Shown here one piece after another: positions 37,849 through 52,702 of a stretch of 64,000 nucleotides of DNA. This stretch comes from Octopus sinensis (taxonomy: Eukaryota). Both the position numbers and the translations under genes were made by a program. The notes under the pieces are model-generated. The model made no database searches, was not told where the DNA came from, and saw only the letters and a program-made list of their open reading frames with translations. Where the stretch lies: positions 200,508,001-200,572,000 of the forward strand of contig NC_042997.1 of the NCBI RefSeq assembly GCF_006345805.1, given 5' to 3'. Position 1 is the stretch's first letter, and every line of letters starts with the position of its first letter.

Positions 37849-40635
37849 ATTACAAATAAGGGTATCTGAAAGAGACCGGCATGCTGGTGTCTCTCAGACG
37901 CCCTTATTTACAGTTGTAAAAAATTATTACCTTTGTATGGTATTTATTCCCATGCTGGTCACTTGATATTATCAATATTTAAATATCGATATTATCCTTA
38001 TTTATAAATATATATATATTATTTTGGGAAATAATTAGTAAGACTAAATCATATAGTATAGGAGCGAATTTTTGTTATTTATGTTCAAATGAGTTTAAGG
38101 AAATTTTATTTTATAAGCATGATAATTTAGTGAATTTCTGTGATGAGCGCAAAATAAAATGCAGACACAAGTTACTTTACTTATATAATAAATTTCTTGA
38201 TAAATAATGAATATTTCTTAGCCTTAATTAGCTCCCTATTTGTTGTTTTATGTAATAGTATTCTAAATATAGCAGGTGATTTGTAGTACTTATTATATTA
38301 GTTTATTTTAGTTATTTAGGTTCTTTTTTTAATTATAGTTAGATTATATATAGTTGTTCATTTTATTACTAAATATTTTATTACTAAATATATTTTTAAT
38401 AAATATTTAATGGTTTATTGAGTCTGGTAAGTTACAATTTTATTTATTTTATATATTTTGTTATATTTCTGTTATAACTTCGTTAAATTATAATTTTTAT
38501 TATATTAATCTATTTGTATGTAATCTCTTTATATTTGAAATAGATTTATTTAGTTGTTTATTTAATCTATTTTATTTAATATAGAAGTATAGATTAGTAG
38601 ATTAATTATTTAGATTTAACTTAATATTTACCTCTATTTTGTATTGTAGTATGAATATAGACATTTATACATGTATTTATTATATGATATATGTGGTTGT
38701 GTGTGTATGTATATATGTGTATATGTTGATGTGCGTGTATATATATGTATATGTATATACATTTATTTATGTGTATGTGTGTGGGTGTGTGTATATAGGT
38801 GTAAGTGTATATATTGAGTATTGTATGTATGTACATGTATGTATGTGTGTGCATATGTGTGTATGTGTGTGTATATATGTCTGTATATATGTATATGTAT
38901 GTATGTGTGTATGTATGTGTACATGTGTATGCATATGTATATGTATGTATATATGTATATATATATATGTATATATATATGTATATGTATGTATATTTTT
39001 TTATAAATTTATGTATACGTATGTATAGTTATACTACAAAATTTGATAAGTATTTATCGATTTGGTTATGATCACTAATTTTAGCTTATAATTATAAGGG
39101 CATGGGAAAGACTTTACAGTATGTACAGTATGTTGAGGGGTTACTATATAAATAATTTTTTTTATATATTTATTAATCATATTAGATTTTTAGAATATAT
39201 TTAATAATTAGTGGTTTTTAATCATTCAAATCATTTAATTTATTTTGTATTAAGTATTATTTATCATAGTTATTTTATTAATAAATATTATAGTATAGAG
39301 AGGTTTTATTCTTTATTTGTGACTTCATTCTATTTACAATGATAAACCAATAATTTTCCCATTCACAATCTCATTAATAAAGCGTAGGTTCCTCACGCTT
39401 AATGAATTCTTCAACAATTTATTCTTTTTTTTTGCTAATAACGTAATTCCACGAGTATTCTTATAAACGCTGTAAAGACGTTTTCCGATTCAAAATTTTA
39501 GTTCATTGCTAAACCTCGCTAAGATAAGTATGTATTTATTTAAGATCTTCAAATTGTAAATTTTAATATTGTATAAGTCTTTGGAGTAATAATATTTTCC
39601 TTATGTAAATATCGTTGTTTATGTAATGATCTAATTATCGTAATTTTCTATATTATTAGATATTAAATTTAAGTTTATTCGTAAGATACTACTTAGCGAT
39701 AGATTTATTATTTGATAGCAAGCATACGAGGTGTATTAAGTTAGGCTTTTGTATATACATGTTTTAATAGTATTAATTGTAGTTTTAAATTTATAATTAA
39801 ATTAGATAAACTTTGATAAACTTAGATATGTTTCGACTAAAGATTGGTCCAGGCCATGGCTAATTTAATAGCATAACTTAGTTATTTATTTAAATTGATA
39901 TTCGCTAGTTATTCCCATTGATAATTATATTTATAGTATTTATAGTATTTATTCGATACTATATTACTACGAATTGATTATTTCTATAAGTATTTTACAT
40001 AAGATTTCCGAAAGTTCGTTTAAGTTTGTTTATTTGTATTTTGAAATTAGCTATTTCATCTTTAAATATGAAAAATTAATTTATTAGGTTTTTATTATAT
40101 GTGCATATATATTTATTTAAAGAGATTATTTTAGATCTTAATTATAATATTTATATACATTTACATATTTTCATTGATAATTTATATATATTAGTCATTT
40201 TTAAATATTTATGTAATTAGATATAGACTAATACCGATATTAGATTATTGGTGGGTTTCCTACCTTATAAATTAAAATTAATATTTAACATTATAGTCGA
40301 TTTTGATATAATCATAATTGTTAAGTTTTATGTTTCTAGTTTGATAATAGAGTTTATTATAAGTAAAATTATTATATTATTTATATCTTAAAAATATTGT
40401 TTAAATATTTCTGACTATATTTTAGATATTTCAATTACCTGAAGATTGACTGTAACCATAACTGGAATTATTACGAATTGTACAGCCATGAAACGATCGT
40501 AGTGCTTTACTCTTTATCTTTTATTAAACTTTTAATACTTTTGATATATATTTAAAATAATAGAAATTAATTAATTTTATGTATTGGCTTATGTTTTTCA
40601 CTGTTTGATTTGCCTAATAGTGGTTTTATCTCTAA

Positions 40636-40640
<5 letters not shown>
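37846..40640 (+). mobile_element. Highly degenerate AT-rich Penelope-like element
   Basis: 3' hammerhead. Frameshifted remnant at about 39996-40078 reads YI-ISESSFK...ISS(F)KYEK, resembling the GIY-YIG YIGxTExxFKxRxxNHxSSF segment. No intact ORF. Confidence 0.5.
40433..40507 (+). ncRNA. Type-I hammerhead ribozyme motif
   Basis: AATTAC-CTGAAGA-TTGACTGTA...TACAGCCAT-GAAA-CGATCG-TA-GTGCTT. Palindromic stem III ACGATCGT. Confidence 0.75.
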
Positions 40641-40698
<58 letters not shown>

Positions 40699-41630
40699 TA
40701 TATGTATATATATATACGTATATCTCTGTGTTTGATTGTCCCCCACCACTGCCTGACAACTGGTGTTGGTGTGTTTCGATCCTTGTAACATAACAGTTCA
40801 ACATGAGACCAGTAAATGAAGCTCCTGGCTTTAAAAAATATTTCTGGGGTCAGTTCTGGGGTCATTTTGGGAGTCAGTTTTGGGGTCAATTCTGGGGTTA
40901 ATTCATTTGACTGAAATTCTTCAAGACAGTTTGCTCTAGTATGGCCATTGTCTAATGACTGAAACAAGTAAAAGAGGAAAAAACCCAAATATTTCGGTTG
41001 AAAACAGTGATTTTCCACCGGATTTACATTGTGGCATGTTTCTTCTGTTTTATTCTTTTATTCCTTTGTTTGGTTTGGTCATTTGACTGCGTCCATGCTG
41101 GAGCACCACCTTTAGTCGATCAAATTGACCCCCAGGACTTATTCTTTGTAAGCCTGGTACTTATTCTATCGGTCTCTTTTGCCAAACCGCTAAGTTGTGG
41201 GGACATAAACACACCAACATTGGTTGTCAAGTGATAGTGGTGGGGACAAATACAGACACACAAACACATACACATACACACACTCACATACACACACACA
41301 CACACACACCCACAACCACATACACACAAATATGGCACGTAAAAAGCACTATACGAATGAGGCCAATGCCAGCGCTGCCTTGACTGGCCTCTGTGCCAGT
41401 GACACGTAAAAAGCACCAACCAATCGGGACCGTTGCCAGCCTCCTTTTTGACCCCTGTGCCAGTGGCACGTAAAAAGCACCCACTACACTCACAGAGTGG
41501 TTGGCAGTTGGAAGGGCATGAAGCTGTAGAGACACTGCCAGATCAGACTGGAATCTGGTGCAGCCTCCTAGCTTCTCAGACCCCAGTCAAACCGTTCAAC
41601 TCATGCTAGCATGGAAAACAGACATTAAAC

Positions 41631-41669
<39 letters not shown>

Positions 41670-42304
41670 ATATACATATATACGACGGGCTTCTTTCAGT
41701 TTCCGTCTACCAAATCCATTCACAAGGCTTTGGTCGCCCTGATGCTATAGTAGAAGACACTTGCCCAAGGTGTCACACAGTGGGACTGAACCCAGAACCA
41801 AATGGTTAGTAAGCAAGCTATGTTATTTTGTTATTAGTTTCGAAATATGTTTAATGAATTTGTTACTAATTGTAATATTTTATCTTTTATCTTTCACTTG
41901 TTTCACTCATTAGACTGTGGCCATGCTGGGGCACCACATTGATGAATTTTTAGTGAAAGGAATTGACCTGCCTTACTTATATTTGTTTAAGCCTTGTACT
42001 TACTCTGTTGGTTTGTTTTGCCAAACTGCTAAGTTACAAGGATGTAAACACACCAACACCGGTTGTCAAGCAGTGGTGTGGGACAAACACAGACACAGAG
42101 ACACACACTGTGTGCATACATCAATGACTGATGCATCTGGACACATCTTCAGTGATGTGCTTGGTGTCATCAGGGGGTGTTGGTGTTAGGAAGGGCATCC
42201 AGCCGTAGAAAGCCATGCCAAATCAGACTGGAGTCTGGTGCAGCTCTTCCAGCTTACCAGCCGTGGTCAAACCATCCCACCCATGCCAGCATGGACAACG
42301 GATG

Positions 42305-42308
42305 TTAA

Positions 42309-42349
<41 letters not shown>

Positions 42350-42500
42350 AATGACGATGACAATGATAATAATGATGGTAACGACAACGACGGCGACGAT
42401 GATGATGATGATGTCGATGACGACGACGACGACGGTGATGACAATGATGATGACGATGATGAGGATGATGATGATGACGACAATGATGATGATGATGATG
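42305..42500. repeat. (GAT/GAC)n tail expansion of a family C fragment
   Basis: Follows ...CATGGACAACGGATGTTAAAT. Confidence 0.9.
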
Positions 42501-44249
42501 AAAACAAAGGTTTATAATTCAACCTTGGCTAAGACTGGATATGCTGATGACATGGTGCTGGCCGCTATAGTCAATTGATAGATAAAACTGGATTCCAGTT
42601 TTGTAATCTCAGAATTAATTGTTTTTTTTATATGAAAATAGCTAAAAGATGCTTATTAACGTTTGACATTGTAATTGTAAAATATGGTCAATGAACTAAA
42701 TATTAGTAAGGAATATTAAAATTTATAAGCTTGGTCCTCATCCACAATAAGTTATCTAATTCTATTTGCAATGACTATTAAACAAGTATGAGTAAACGAA
42801 ATGAATATATAAGCTGAAAAGATATGCAATGTATCAAACCATTATTTATAACTATATGTTATAAACAATGTAAAAAACAACAACACCAGCTCTGTAAATT
42901 CTAATTATTAACAATTAATTTAACCATAAATGAACTTTCAAAGAAATTTCTCCTGTACTTAAGAGCAATTTCTATATAAGACCAAGATTATTTTAGCCAT
43001 AATAATTCTCTTTTCTGACACATTTGTTTATTTTTTCCCCACATTTTCACATCAAATACATTGACATGTAGCAAGATAAAAGAAACAAACAAACTTTAAA
43101 TGCTTTTGATCTGCTTTCCAAAAGAATTTTATTTCTGCAACAGAATGCTAATTTCTCTTACAAGAGAACATTCTCTGCCAATACTTTATCAAATGCTTTG
43201 AACTATTTCTGACTTTAAAAACAGAAAAAATATAAAGAAAAGAAAAATGATTTACATTAATTTGTCTATAAAGCAGAGCAGAATTTTCTAAAACTGAAAT
43301 AATTTATCTGCTCTACTTTGTGCTACCAAACCAGTATTTTGACATGATTCTTAGACTTCCATGTTAGTTCAGCAATTGTAAGCATCAAATTTGTTGTCAT
43401 TCCATCATTACTACTAGCATCCTCATTTAAAAAAGAAAAAAAAAATGGTATCAATTTTCAGAATATTTAATACTGAGTCTGTAGAAGCAATGTGGAAAAA
43501 AAAACCCCATCTCTTAAGACCTCTGACTAGCTGTAATAACAGTTGTCTTAATATTTATGCTAGTCAAACAAAGTGGACAGATTTTTAATTAATAGATTAA
43601 ATATTCTTCTAATTTACTCAACAACTCAATCAAATAACAATAAATTAAAATAAACTAAATTATTTTTTAAAAATTGTATTTGTATTCTTAAATAAACTCT
43701 TCGATTTTTTTCCTTCACTGTTTCTTTTTTTTATTCATGATTTTATTTGCTATTTAAGATTATTCTGCAAAATATTCTACATAATTTTTTTATAGCAATT
43801 AACTAGTAAATTGGATTTTAATTAATAGAATAAAAAATTAGGGCAACTTTATTGAAAATTAAACTACTTTCTTTCCATAACTTCTTTAAGTACAAAATTC
43901 TATTTTCATCAATTTAAATGACTGCAAACATCAATCTAAATGTTTTTGAATTAGACATCTCATCATTAAAATGTAATACATGTCTTCCATTAGATGCTTA
44001 CATATAAAAGCTTTCAAATTAATTACTTTAAATATTAAGAAAAATTTATGTTAAAAATCATTTGTGTCATTAATCATAATTTGCAGTATCAAGTGATAGA
44101 CTCTACATATTCACTTGCTTTATAATTTACAGAGTGGTAAAAGACACTGTAGGAAATTACTTGTGATATTATATAATGTGATATGATTTATATCATGATA
44201 TAATCTATAATATCATGCAGTATTTACATAGAAATGGTTTACAGTGTAT

Positions 44250-45030
44250 CATAAAGTCTTTGTGTGAACATGACCTGGGCGTTATTGTCGACAGCGATTT
44301 GTGTTGGACAAAACACATCGCTAAAATTGCCAAGAAGGCTGAGGGTGTCTTGGCATCACTCACCCAGTCCTTTGTGAGCTGCTCTCCAGCTATCTATCTG
44401 CAGCTTTATATAACTATGGTACGACCTCACCAGGAATTTGCATCACCGGTCTGGAACCCCTATCTTGCCCAGGATATTAATTGTCTGGAAGCCGTTCAGC
44501 GACGTGCAACCAAGAGAATACCCTCCATCAGGCATTTGCCATATTCTGAACGCCTTACTTTCCTGGGCATGGATACATTGAAACTCCGACATCTGGCAGC
44601 TGACTTGGCAGACACCCATAAAATTATTAACCATCTTACAAACAATAACTCTGAGTACCTTTTCAAACTCCACCTGTCTAACACCTGTGGACATGTTTAC
44701 AAAGTCAGAAAACAGCACAGCTCCCATGGCTTTCGGAAACATTTTTTCACGCTAAGAGTTGCTGAAGCATGGAACAGACTGCTGGCATCAGTTATTAGTT
44801 GTCGGAGCACTGCATCCTTCAAAACTTCCATGCTTCTTGAGATTCACCAACACTACACCTGATTTTCTCCCCTCCATACACATGCAAGCATGTATCTGAT
44901 TCATACACTGTTCACTTCCCAAACATTTGTACATTACTGCTTATACTTTATATGCACTTTTTGACAAGTTGTGGTGCACCTGAACACTGTATACAATACT
45001 TTCATCATCATTATTATTATTATTATAATA
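44250..45030 (+). mobile_element. CR1/L2-group LINE 3' end (longer copy)
   Basis: CEHDLGVIVDSDLCWTKHIAKI...LYITMVRPHQEFASPVWNPY...LEAVQRRATK...; UTR matches 3190-3340. Confidence 0.92.
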
Positions 45031-48000
45031 AAGTTGAACTTGTTACTATTGTCAATATGAAAGTAATTAGCAAAGCAGATAGGTGGCAGAGCCATTACTG
45101 TGCTGGAAAAACAATTGTTTAGTGGCATTTCTTCTGAAGTTATGTTCTGAGTTCAAATGTTGCTGGAGTCAACTTTGCCTTTCGTCCTTTTGGGATTAAT
45201 AAAGTAAGTACCAGTTGAGTACTGGGGTTGATATAATCAGTTGCTCCCTCCGCCCAAAATTACTGGTCTTGTGCCAAAATTTGAAAATTGTATGAAAGTA
45301 ATTATATCTCACGTGGCTATGTCTACTTTGGCATTTAAAAGACCAAATGTTTTTATTTGATAATCATGTTTTTAACAGAACAATTTGATGAAACACTCTG
45401 GTTACATTCTATGATTGAATGATCCATTCATATAACACATCTGTTAGTTTACTACACAGCAGAGTAAGGGGAAAATGCTTTAAAATTTATGAATAGAGTT
45501 TGAACTGTTTAATAATTAATCCATGATGTTACAGAAAGACATTAGCCCCAAACTATTATTTATAATATATTCCAAATTTATGGTATTCCTATGCATAAAC
45601 TAATGCACATAAAACTGATTATAGTTTCAGAGTAAATGAGATAAGAAAACTATTTCAGATAGGAAAGCATTATTATTATTATTATTATTATATAAACTTA
45701 TTTAGGTCTGTTGTTTTTAATATTTTACAGGAATTATTGAGATACCTTTAATCTTTATATTTAGATGTCACAACAGCATAAAAAAGTCAATTTTTTAACT
45801 CATTTACTTTTTGTCTAAATATCAAAAGTTTTTTTCCAACCCATATAAATAAATTCCAGTTATTTTCTCATCTGTCATCGCCTAAACTTTCTTTTTAAAC
45901 TAGAACAACATTTATGTTCAAAACAAATGCTGCTAGTCATGAATTTATTGTAGACAAATTGTGGTTAAATTAGTAAAAATGGATGTGAGAAAAAAAACAA
46001 AAACAGCTGAAATGATATTTGGCCATTAAAACGATATATAAATTGCTAATAAAAGGTAAGTGACTTGTAGTTGTAGAAATACTGACACACACAGCATAAC
46101 CTTTTAATGATTAAATATTTTTTTCATTTTTTCACTGTGGAAATATACATTTGTTTTCTTTGTACATGATTTATTAAACTGCAAGTCTCTTCTGTCTGGT
46201 TTTGGAATATATTACTCACATTTTGAAATTGTTATATAAGTAGTTTAAGAACAAGGTGAGGCAAAAAAACTGGAAGCAATTTGTGCTTATGCTACATGTA
46301 AATAAAATTTTTCCGTGTTAGGTTGTCCACAGGACTGTATCAATAATCAGCTTTTGCTTGGTGACCAATAGAATAAATATCAGATTTAAAAATTAGAACT
46401 GGGTTCAATTTGTTCCATGAAACAGCGGAACAAGCAAGATAAGTGTAGTTATGGTTGTGTGGTTATTTGCATCCCGATCATTTTGGATTTTCTTTTTGGT
46501 GAAGTGAGGGGTCAGCCCCATTTCATAACACCTTGGGGAGAATGCCTTCTACTTTAGTCATGGGGTAAACAATACCTTGTGAGAGGATTTGGCAGATAAA
46601 AACCGAAAGAAACCTGTTATTCACACTCACACATGCACACACACACACACACACACACATATGCATATCTTCAATCATCACCATGGAATGTGTATATGTG
46701 TGTATGTGTAATTATATATACAAATATATATATGTGAATAGCTGCGTGTGCATGTGTGTGTACAACAGGCATGTAGAGGTGAATGAGGCAATGACCCAAG
46801 AGCATTAATGAGGGTTGTTGGGTATCTGACCCAAGCATTCAAGTATTTCCATGTTAGGGTAGCCACAGGACTGTATCAATAATCAGCTTTTGCTTGGTGA
46901 CCAATAGAATAAATATCAGATTTAAAAAAATTAGAACTGGGTTCAATTTGTTCCATGAAACATTTTTAGGCAATGCCCCAGCATGGCCACATTCCAATGA
47001 CTGAAAAAGGTAAAAGATAAAAAGATAAGCTCAAATATCAAGTGACTGAGCAATGTTTCATAATTAAATTATTACAATTAAGAGCTAATAGACCTTTCTA
47101 CTATAAGCGCAGGAGTGGGTGTGTACTCAAATGGTAAGTAGCTTGCTTACCAACCACATGGTTCTGGGTTCAGTCCCACTGCGTAGCACCTTGGGCAAGT
47201 GTCTTCTACTATAGCCTCGGGTCGACCAAAGCTTTGTGAGTGGATTTGGTAGATTGAAACTGAAAGAAGCCCATTGTATGTATGTATATATATGTATATG
47301 TGTGTATACGTTTGCGTGTCTGTGTTTGACCCCCAACATCGCTTGACAACCGATGCTGGTGTGTTTAAGTCTCCGTAACTTATCGGTTCGGCAAAAGAGA
47401 CCGATAGAATAAGTACTAAGCTTACAAAAGAATAAGTCCTGGGGTCGATTTGCTCAACCAAAGACGGTGCTCCAGCATGGCCACAGTCACATGACTGAAA
47501 CAAATAAAAGAGTAAAAGAGTAAACTATTTTATGCATTTTACAAGTATAACCAATTTTATTCCAGATTGGCACCAAAATCTTCTGTGGACCCTGGTTGAG
47601 GGCCTGTGCTTTAGATCATCAGATAACCGATGACTACTCGATAACATTGAGATCACCAACAACAGCCCACACATTCAGAAGATGTCTTTGTACATCCTTT
47701 GCTAACGGATGTGACGTTACTTATTGACTATACAAAGGACTCTGGAGAATTAAGAGGATTTTCTTTGAGTAAGAATATTGAACTCTTCTGACTGTAGCAG
47801 CAGACATTTTCACACTTTGAAGTTTTGACATTCAGACTGAGATCTTCTGCTAGGATTTCAAACAATTCTAAAGCATTACAGTTTGTAAGAAAATTTGGAA
47901 AGGTTTTAGAAATGGCATCATTATTAGTTCTTAGTTGTGATATCATCATCATCATCACCACCATCATCATCGTCATCGTCATCGTCATCATCATCATCAT

Positions 48001-48483
48001 CCTCATCATCATCATCACCATCATCCAATAATGTCTGTTTTCCATGCTGGTATGGGTTGGACGGTTTGACCAGAGCTGGCAAGCAGGAGAGCTGCTCCAG
48101 GTTCAAGTCTTATTTGGATTGGTTTCTACATCTGGATGCCTTTCCTGATGCCAACCATTATACACCATGAATAATTATCATCATCATCCTTTAACGTCCA
48201 TTGTCCATGCTGGAGCACTGCCTTTTGTCAAACGAATCAACCCCAGGACTTATTCTTTGTAAGCCTAGTACTTATTCTATCGGGTCTCTTTTGCCGAACT
48301 GCTAAGTTATGGAGACATAAAGACACCAACGTCAGTTGTCAAGCAATGATGGGGGGACAAACACAGACACATAAATATATATATATATATAGTAAACCTC
48401 ACCAAAAAAACAAAGAACTAGTACAAGAAAAAAACCCAGCAATGGAAAGTATTAGCAGATGCGCAGGGAAGAAAACAAAGGGG

Positions 48484-48518
48484 TTCTTACATTTTGAGCA
48501 AAGCTCTTCTTCAGAAAC
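48484..48518 (-). ncRNA. Decayed hammerhead motif in a PLE-like fragment (about 48390-48600) nested in the (TA)n of a SINE A
   Basis: Minus: TTT-CTGAAGA-A-GAGC-TTT-GCTC-AAAA-TG-TA-AGA. G12 reads A, consistent with CpG decay; same architecture as 2244. Confidence 0.5.
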
Positions 48519-50616
48519 AGGAGACAGCGGAAAGTCCAAGAGAAAAGAAAGATGGAGGAAAAAAATCGCCATCAATTCACTTGTGGTTACATTTTGAAAT
48601 ATATACATATATACGATGGGTTTCTTTCAGTTTCCATCCATCAAATTCCCTCACAAGGCTTTGGTCAGCCTGAAGCTGTAGTAGAAGACACATGCTCAAG
48701 GTGCCATGCAGTGGGATTGAACGCAGAACCATGTGGTTGGTAAGCAAGCTTCTTAACACACAACCACGCCTGTGGCCATACTGGTGCACTGCTTTTAATG
48801 ATTTGGTTTAGTTGGACGAATTGACTCCAGTAATTATTTTTTAAATCTGATACTTATTCTGTCAGTCACTTTTGCCAAACCGCTAAGTGATGAAGATGTA
48901 AACAAACCAATACCGGTTGCCAAGCAACATTAAAAAGACAAACACCAACACAAAGACACACATTCATGCAATGGGCTTCCACACAGTTTCTGCTTACCAA
49001 ATTCACTGACAAAACAGAATTTCCACTTCTTTCTTTTTTATTTTCCCAAAATTTTCGTTGCATCTAGTAACCTTTAAAACTATGGAAAAGGTTGCAAGAT
49101 GCAATGAAAATTTTAGAAAAATATAAAAGAAAAAAGTGGAAATTTTATCGGTGAGTGTGTTTCATTATAAGGCACCAAAAGAGAATGACTCTCCCCAGAC
49201 ACAAAAGAATATAACAATTCAGATTTGTTTGAAAATATGGTTGAAGGCAATTAGAAAATCTGACTCAACATATTCTGTCTGACCCATGCAACATTGAAAA
49301 AGTGGACCGTGAAACCATTAAGATGATGATGCCGATGATGATGCCGATGATGACAATGATGGTGATGACACCACCGTTAATGATAATGATGATGATGATG
49401 ATGATGATGATGGTGATGATAATCTATTTTATATTTTCTGAAGCAGTGATGATAATTTTCTAAATGTGTATTTCTCATCTAGTAATACAGCTTCTCCACA
49501 CTTGTACCTGGTTTATCTCATTAGATAACTGTACCGATCCCAATTAATTTCAGGTTGAAGTATCTTAACAGACGTTTGAGACTGTCAGATGCATGAAAAC
49601 ATAGATGACCTGTAGAGAAAGCTATTACTAACATCGAACATAAATGTCACATGCATTCATTCTCAGGTCATGATTCATAAAACACAAACAATTTCTAAGT
49701 GAAATTGCAAATGCAATATTCTGCTGAAATCTCGCAGCAGTGTGTTGTATGCTACAGGTAGGGATTACCTAAAAATGCTTATCTATTCACATTCTTTGAA
49801 TCAATGATGCATTATCTCGTAGCTTCAAGATTTTAATGATGGGGTTGTTTATTTTTACAATGATATTGTAGGGTAAGTGTGAGATGCCAAATCTGGTCAG
49901 TTTGAACATAAAACAGGTAGAATATTTTGGTCAGGTATGACCAGTTTAAAGGGTTATACAAATGAAGACCAAATATATCGTGTGTGTTTAATGGTCAAAA
50001 ATATGACCATCCCTGAATACAAGAATCAAAAACCATCTCTAATTGATACAAAAAATGTTTAAATTGAATGGAATAAACTAAAGCTTTCATGTGTAGTTTG
50101 TTCAGTAATTCAATTTGCGTACCAAGGTTGAAAACAGAGACACATAAACTATCAGTTCAATACTGAAATTGATTGATTGATCGATTAAATCAATCATTTG
50201 TATCAATATATACTGTAGTTCTATTGAATAGAAATTTATAAAATAAGAACAAGGCTTTGATGAAATCTAAAAGAAAATGTCTTTGGTTGGCCCGAGGCTA
50301 TAGTAGAAGACACTTGCCCAAGGTGCCACGCAGTGGGACTGAAACTGGAACCATGTGGTTGGTAAGCAAGCTACTTACCACACAGCCACTCCTAGTAATT
50401 TTTTTCATACCATTTCTTATACAATAGTTAAGATATATAAATTATAGGCGTAGGAGTGGCGGTGTGGTAAGTAGCTTGCTTATCAACCACATGGTTCCAG
50501 GTTCAGTCCCATTGTATGGCACCTTGGGCAAGTGCCTTCAACTATAGCCTTGGCTGACCCAAGCCTTGTGAGTGGATTTGGTAGACAGAAGCTGAAAGAA
50601 GCCCGTTGTATATATG

Positions 50617-50647
<31 letters not shown>

Positions 50648-51017
50648 TTGTGTGTCTGTGTTTGTCCTCCCCAACATCACTTGAGAACCGATGCTGGTGT
50701 GTTTATGTCCCTATAACTTAGTGGTTTGGTAAAAGAAACCAATAGAATAAGTACTAGGCTTGATTTGCTCAACTAAAGGCAGTGCTCCAGCATGGCCACA
50801 GTCAAATGACTGAAACAAGTAAAAGAGTAAAAGAGTAAAAGAATATAATTATTATAGGTGCAGTCATGGCTGTGTGGTAAGTAGCTTGACTACCAACCAC
50901 ATGGTTCTGGGTTCAGTCCCATTGCATGACACCTTGGGTAAGTGTCTTCTACTATAACCTTAGGCTGACCAAAACCTTGTGAGTGGATTTGGTAGAGGGA
51001 AACTAAAAGAAGCCCAT

Positions 51018-51062
<45 letters not shown>

Positions 51063-51473
51063 CTGTGTTTGTGCCCCTCCATCACTTGACAACTGATGCT
51101 GTTGTGCTTACATTCCTGTAATCTAGCAGTTCGGCAAAAGAGACCGATAAAATAAGCACTAGGCTTACAAAGAATAAGTTCTGGGGCCACAGTCAAATGA
51201 CTGAAACAAATAAAAGAATAAAAGAATAGGTATTGATTTCAAATTTTGGCACAAAGCCAGCAGTTGTGGAAGAGGGGTTAAGCCAATTACATTGGCGCCA
51301 GTGTGTAACCGGTACTTATTTTATTGACTCCCAAAAGATGAAAGGCAACCCCAGTGCCATTTGAGCTCAGAAAATATTTTCGGAAGAAATGGCGCTGAGC
51401 ATTTTTCCCAGGATGCCGACCACTCTGTCAGCTTTCTGCTTTAATTATTATAGATATTGTTATATTATTATTA

Positions 51474-51526
<53 letters not shown>

Positions 51527-52099
51527 GTAGGCAAGGCAGTGAGCTCGCAGAATCATTAGCATAGGCAAAATATTTAGCAACATTTCGTCTGTCTACATGT
51601 TCTGAGTTCAAATACTGCCAAGGTTGGCTTTGCCTTTTGTCCTTTCAGAGTCGATAAATTAAGTACCAGTGAAACACTGGGGTTGATGTAACTGATGTGG
51701 TCCCCTCCCCCAAAATTTCAGGCCTTGTGCCTTTAGTAGAAAGGATTATTATTATTATTATTATTATTATTATTGTTGTTGTTATTAATATTTATATTTG
51801 TGTGGGTGCTTGCATGACTGTGTGATTAAAAGTTTTACTTTTCTATTTTACAACCATGTGGTCTCATGTTCACTCCCATTCTGCAGTAATTTGGGGAACT
51901 ATCTTTAGCTCTGGATTAATCAAAGGTTTGTGAGTGGATTTGGTAGAAAGAAACTGAAAGAAGCCTCTCATCATCGTCATCATCATAATCCTCCTCCTCC
52001 TCCTCCTCCTCCTCATTATCATCATCATCATGCAAGATCAAGAAATAAGCATAGTAATAATAATAATGATGATGATGATGATAATAATAATAATAATAA

Positions 52100-52670
52100 T
52101 AACAACATGCCCTGATGCAGTACCAGACAGTAGCTCTCTGATCTTAACTGATTGGAAGTGTTATCATGTACATTGTTTTGTCTTCATATAAAAGATGGGC
52201 TACAGCAAATATTCTGCTCAATACCACAGATTTGCTTGTCAGTTGTTTGACCGTAACCAGTTGAGCATGTCCCTTAGTGGACTGTGATGATTGGTGCATC
52301 TCTGATCACGAGCAGGAGTAGTGGGGGAGCAACATAACCATGTGTTGAAAGGAATTCTTGGAGGTTTGGATAATTCACCTTTGGAAACATGGGTGGTTCA
52401 TTCATCATCCTTAAACAATCCTTATTCAGGGACCTTTTGAGCGGGATGGGTTACTTGACCAGAAGAAAATTCTAACTGGGCCCCACCTGCAAGGTCATGC
52501 GCTTTTTATCTTGATATAAAATCACCATGTCGTGCATATATGGTTGTGATGCATATGCCTGGTGTACCCTTATCAGATTGGTAGTTATGATGGGTATACT
52601 GGGCTTCGTATATTTTACCCCAGTGTCACTTTGAAAGCATGCACTGCTCTCTTACTCAATAATAATAATA
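52100..52670 (+). repeat. Unclassified interspersed repeat between (AAT)n tracts
   Basis: Higher-GC block bounded by (AAT)n; no coding motif recognised. Confidence 0.35.
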
Positions 52671-52702
52671 GCAACAACATACTGTTTCATCCCTCTCACT
52701 AA

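Larger units (their letters stand above)
37645..40980 (+). mobile_element. SINE family A split by a 2.8-kb insertion
   Basis: Head 37645-37800, tail about 40720-40980; (TA)n on both sides of the insert. Confidence 0.7.

Noticed and set aside
37920-40400. Possible NUMT because of extreme AT content
   Set aside because: No mitochondrial gene, tRNA or rRNA motif recognised; the HHR and GIY-YIG-like remnant fit a PLE better.
45904-46055. Exon ending at the perfect donor AAG|GTAAGT
   Set aside because: Stops in all three frames from the acceptor, weak acceptor, no other support.
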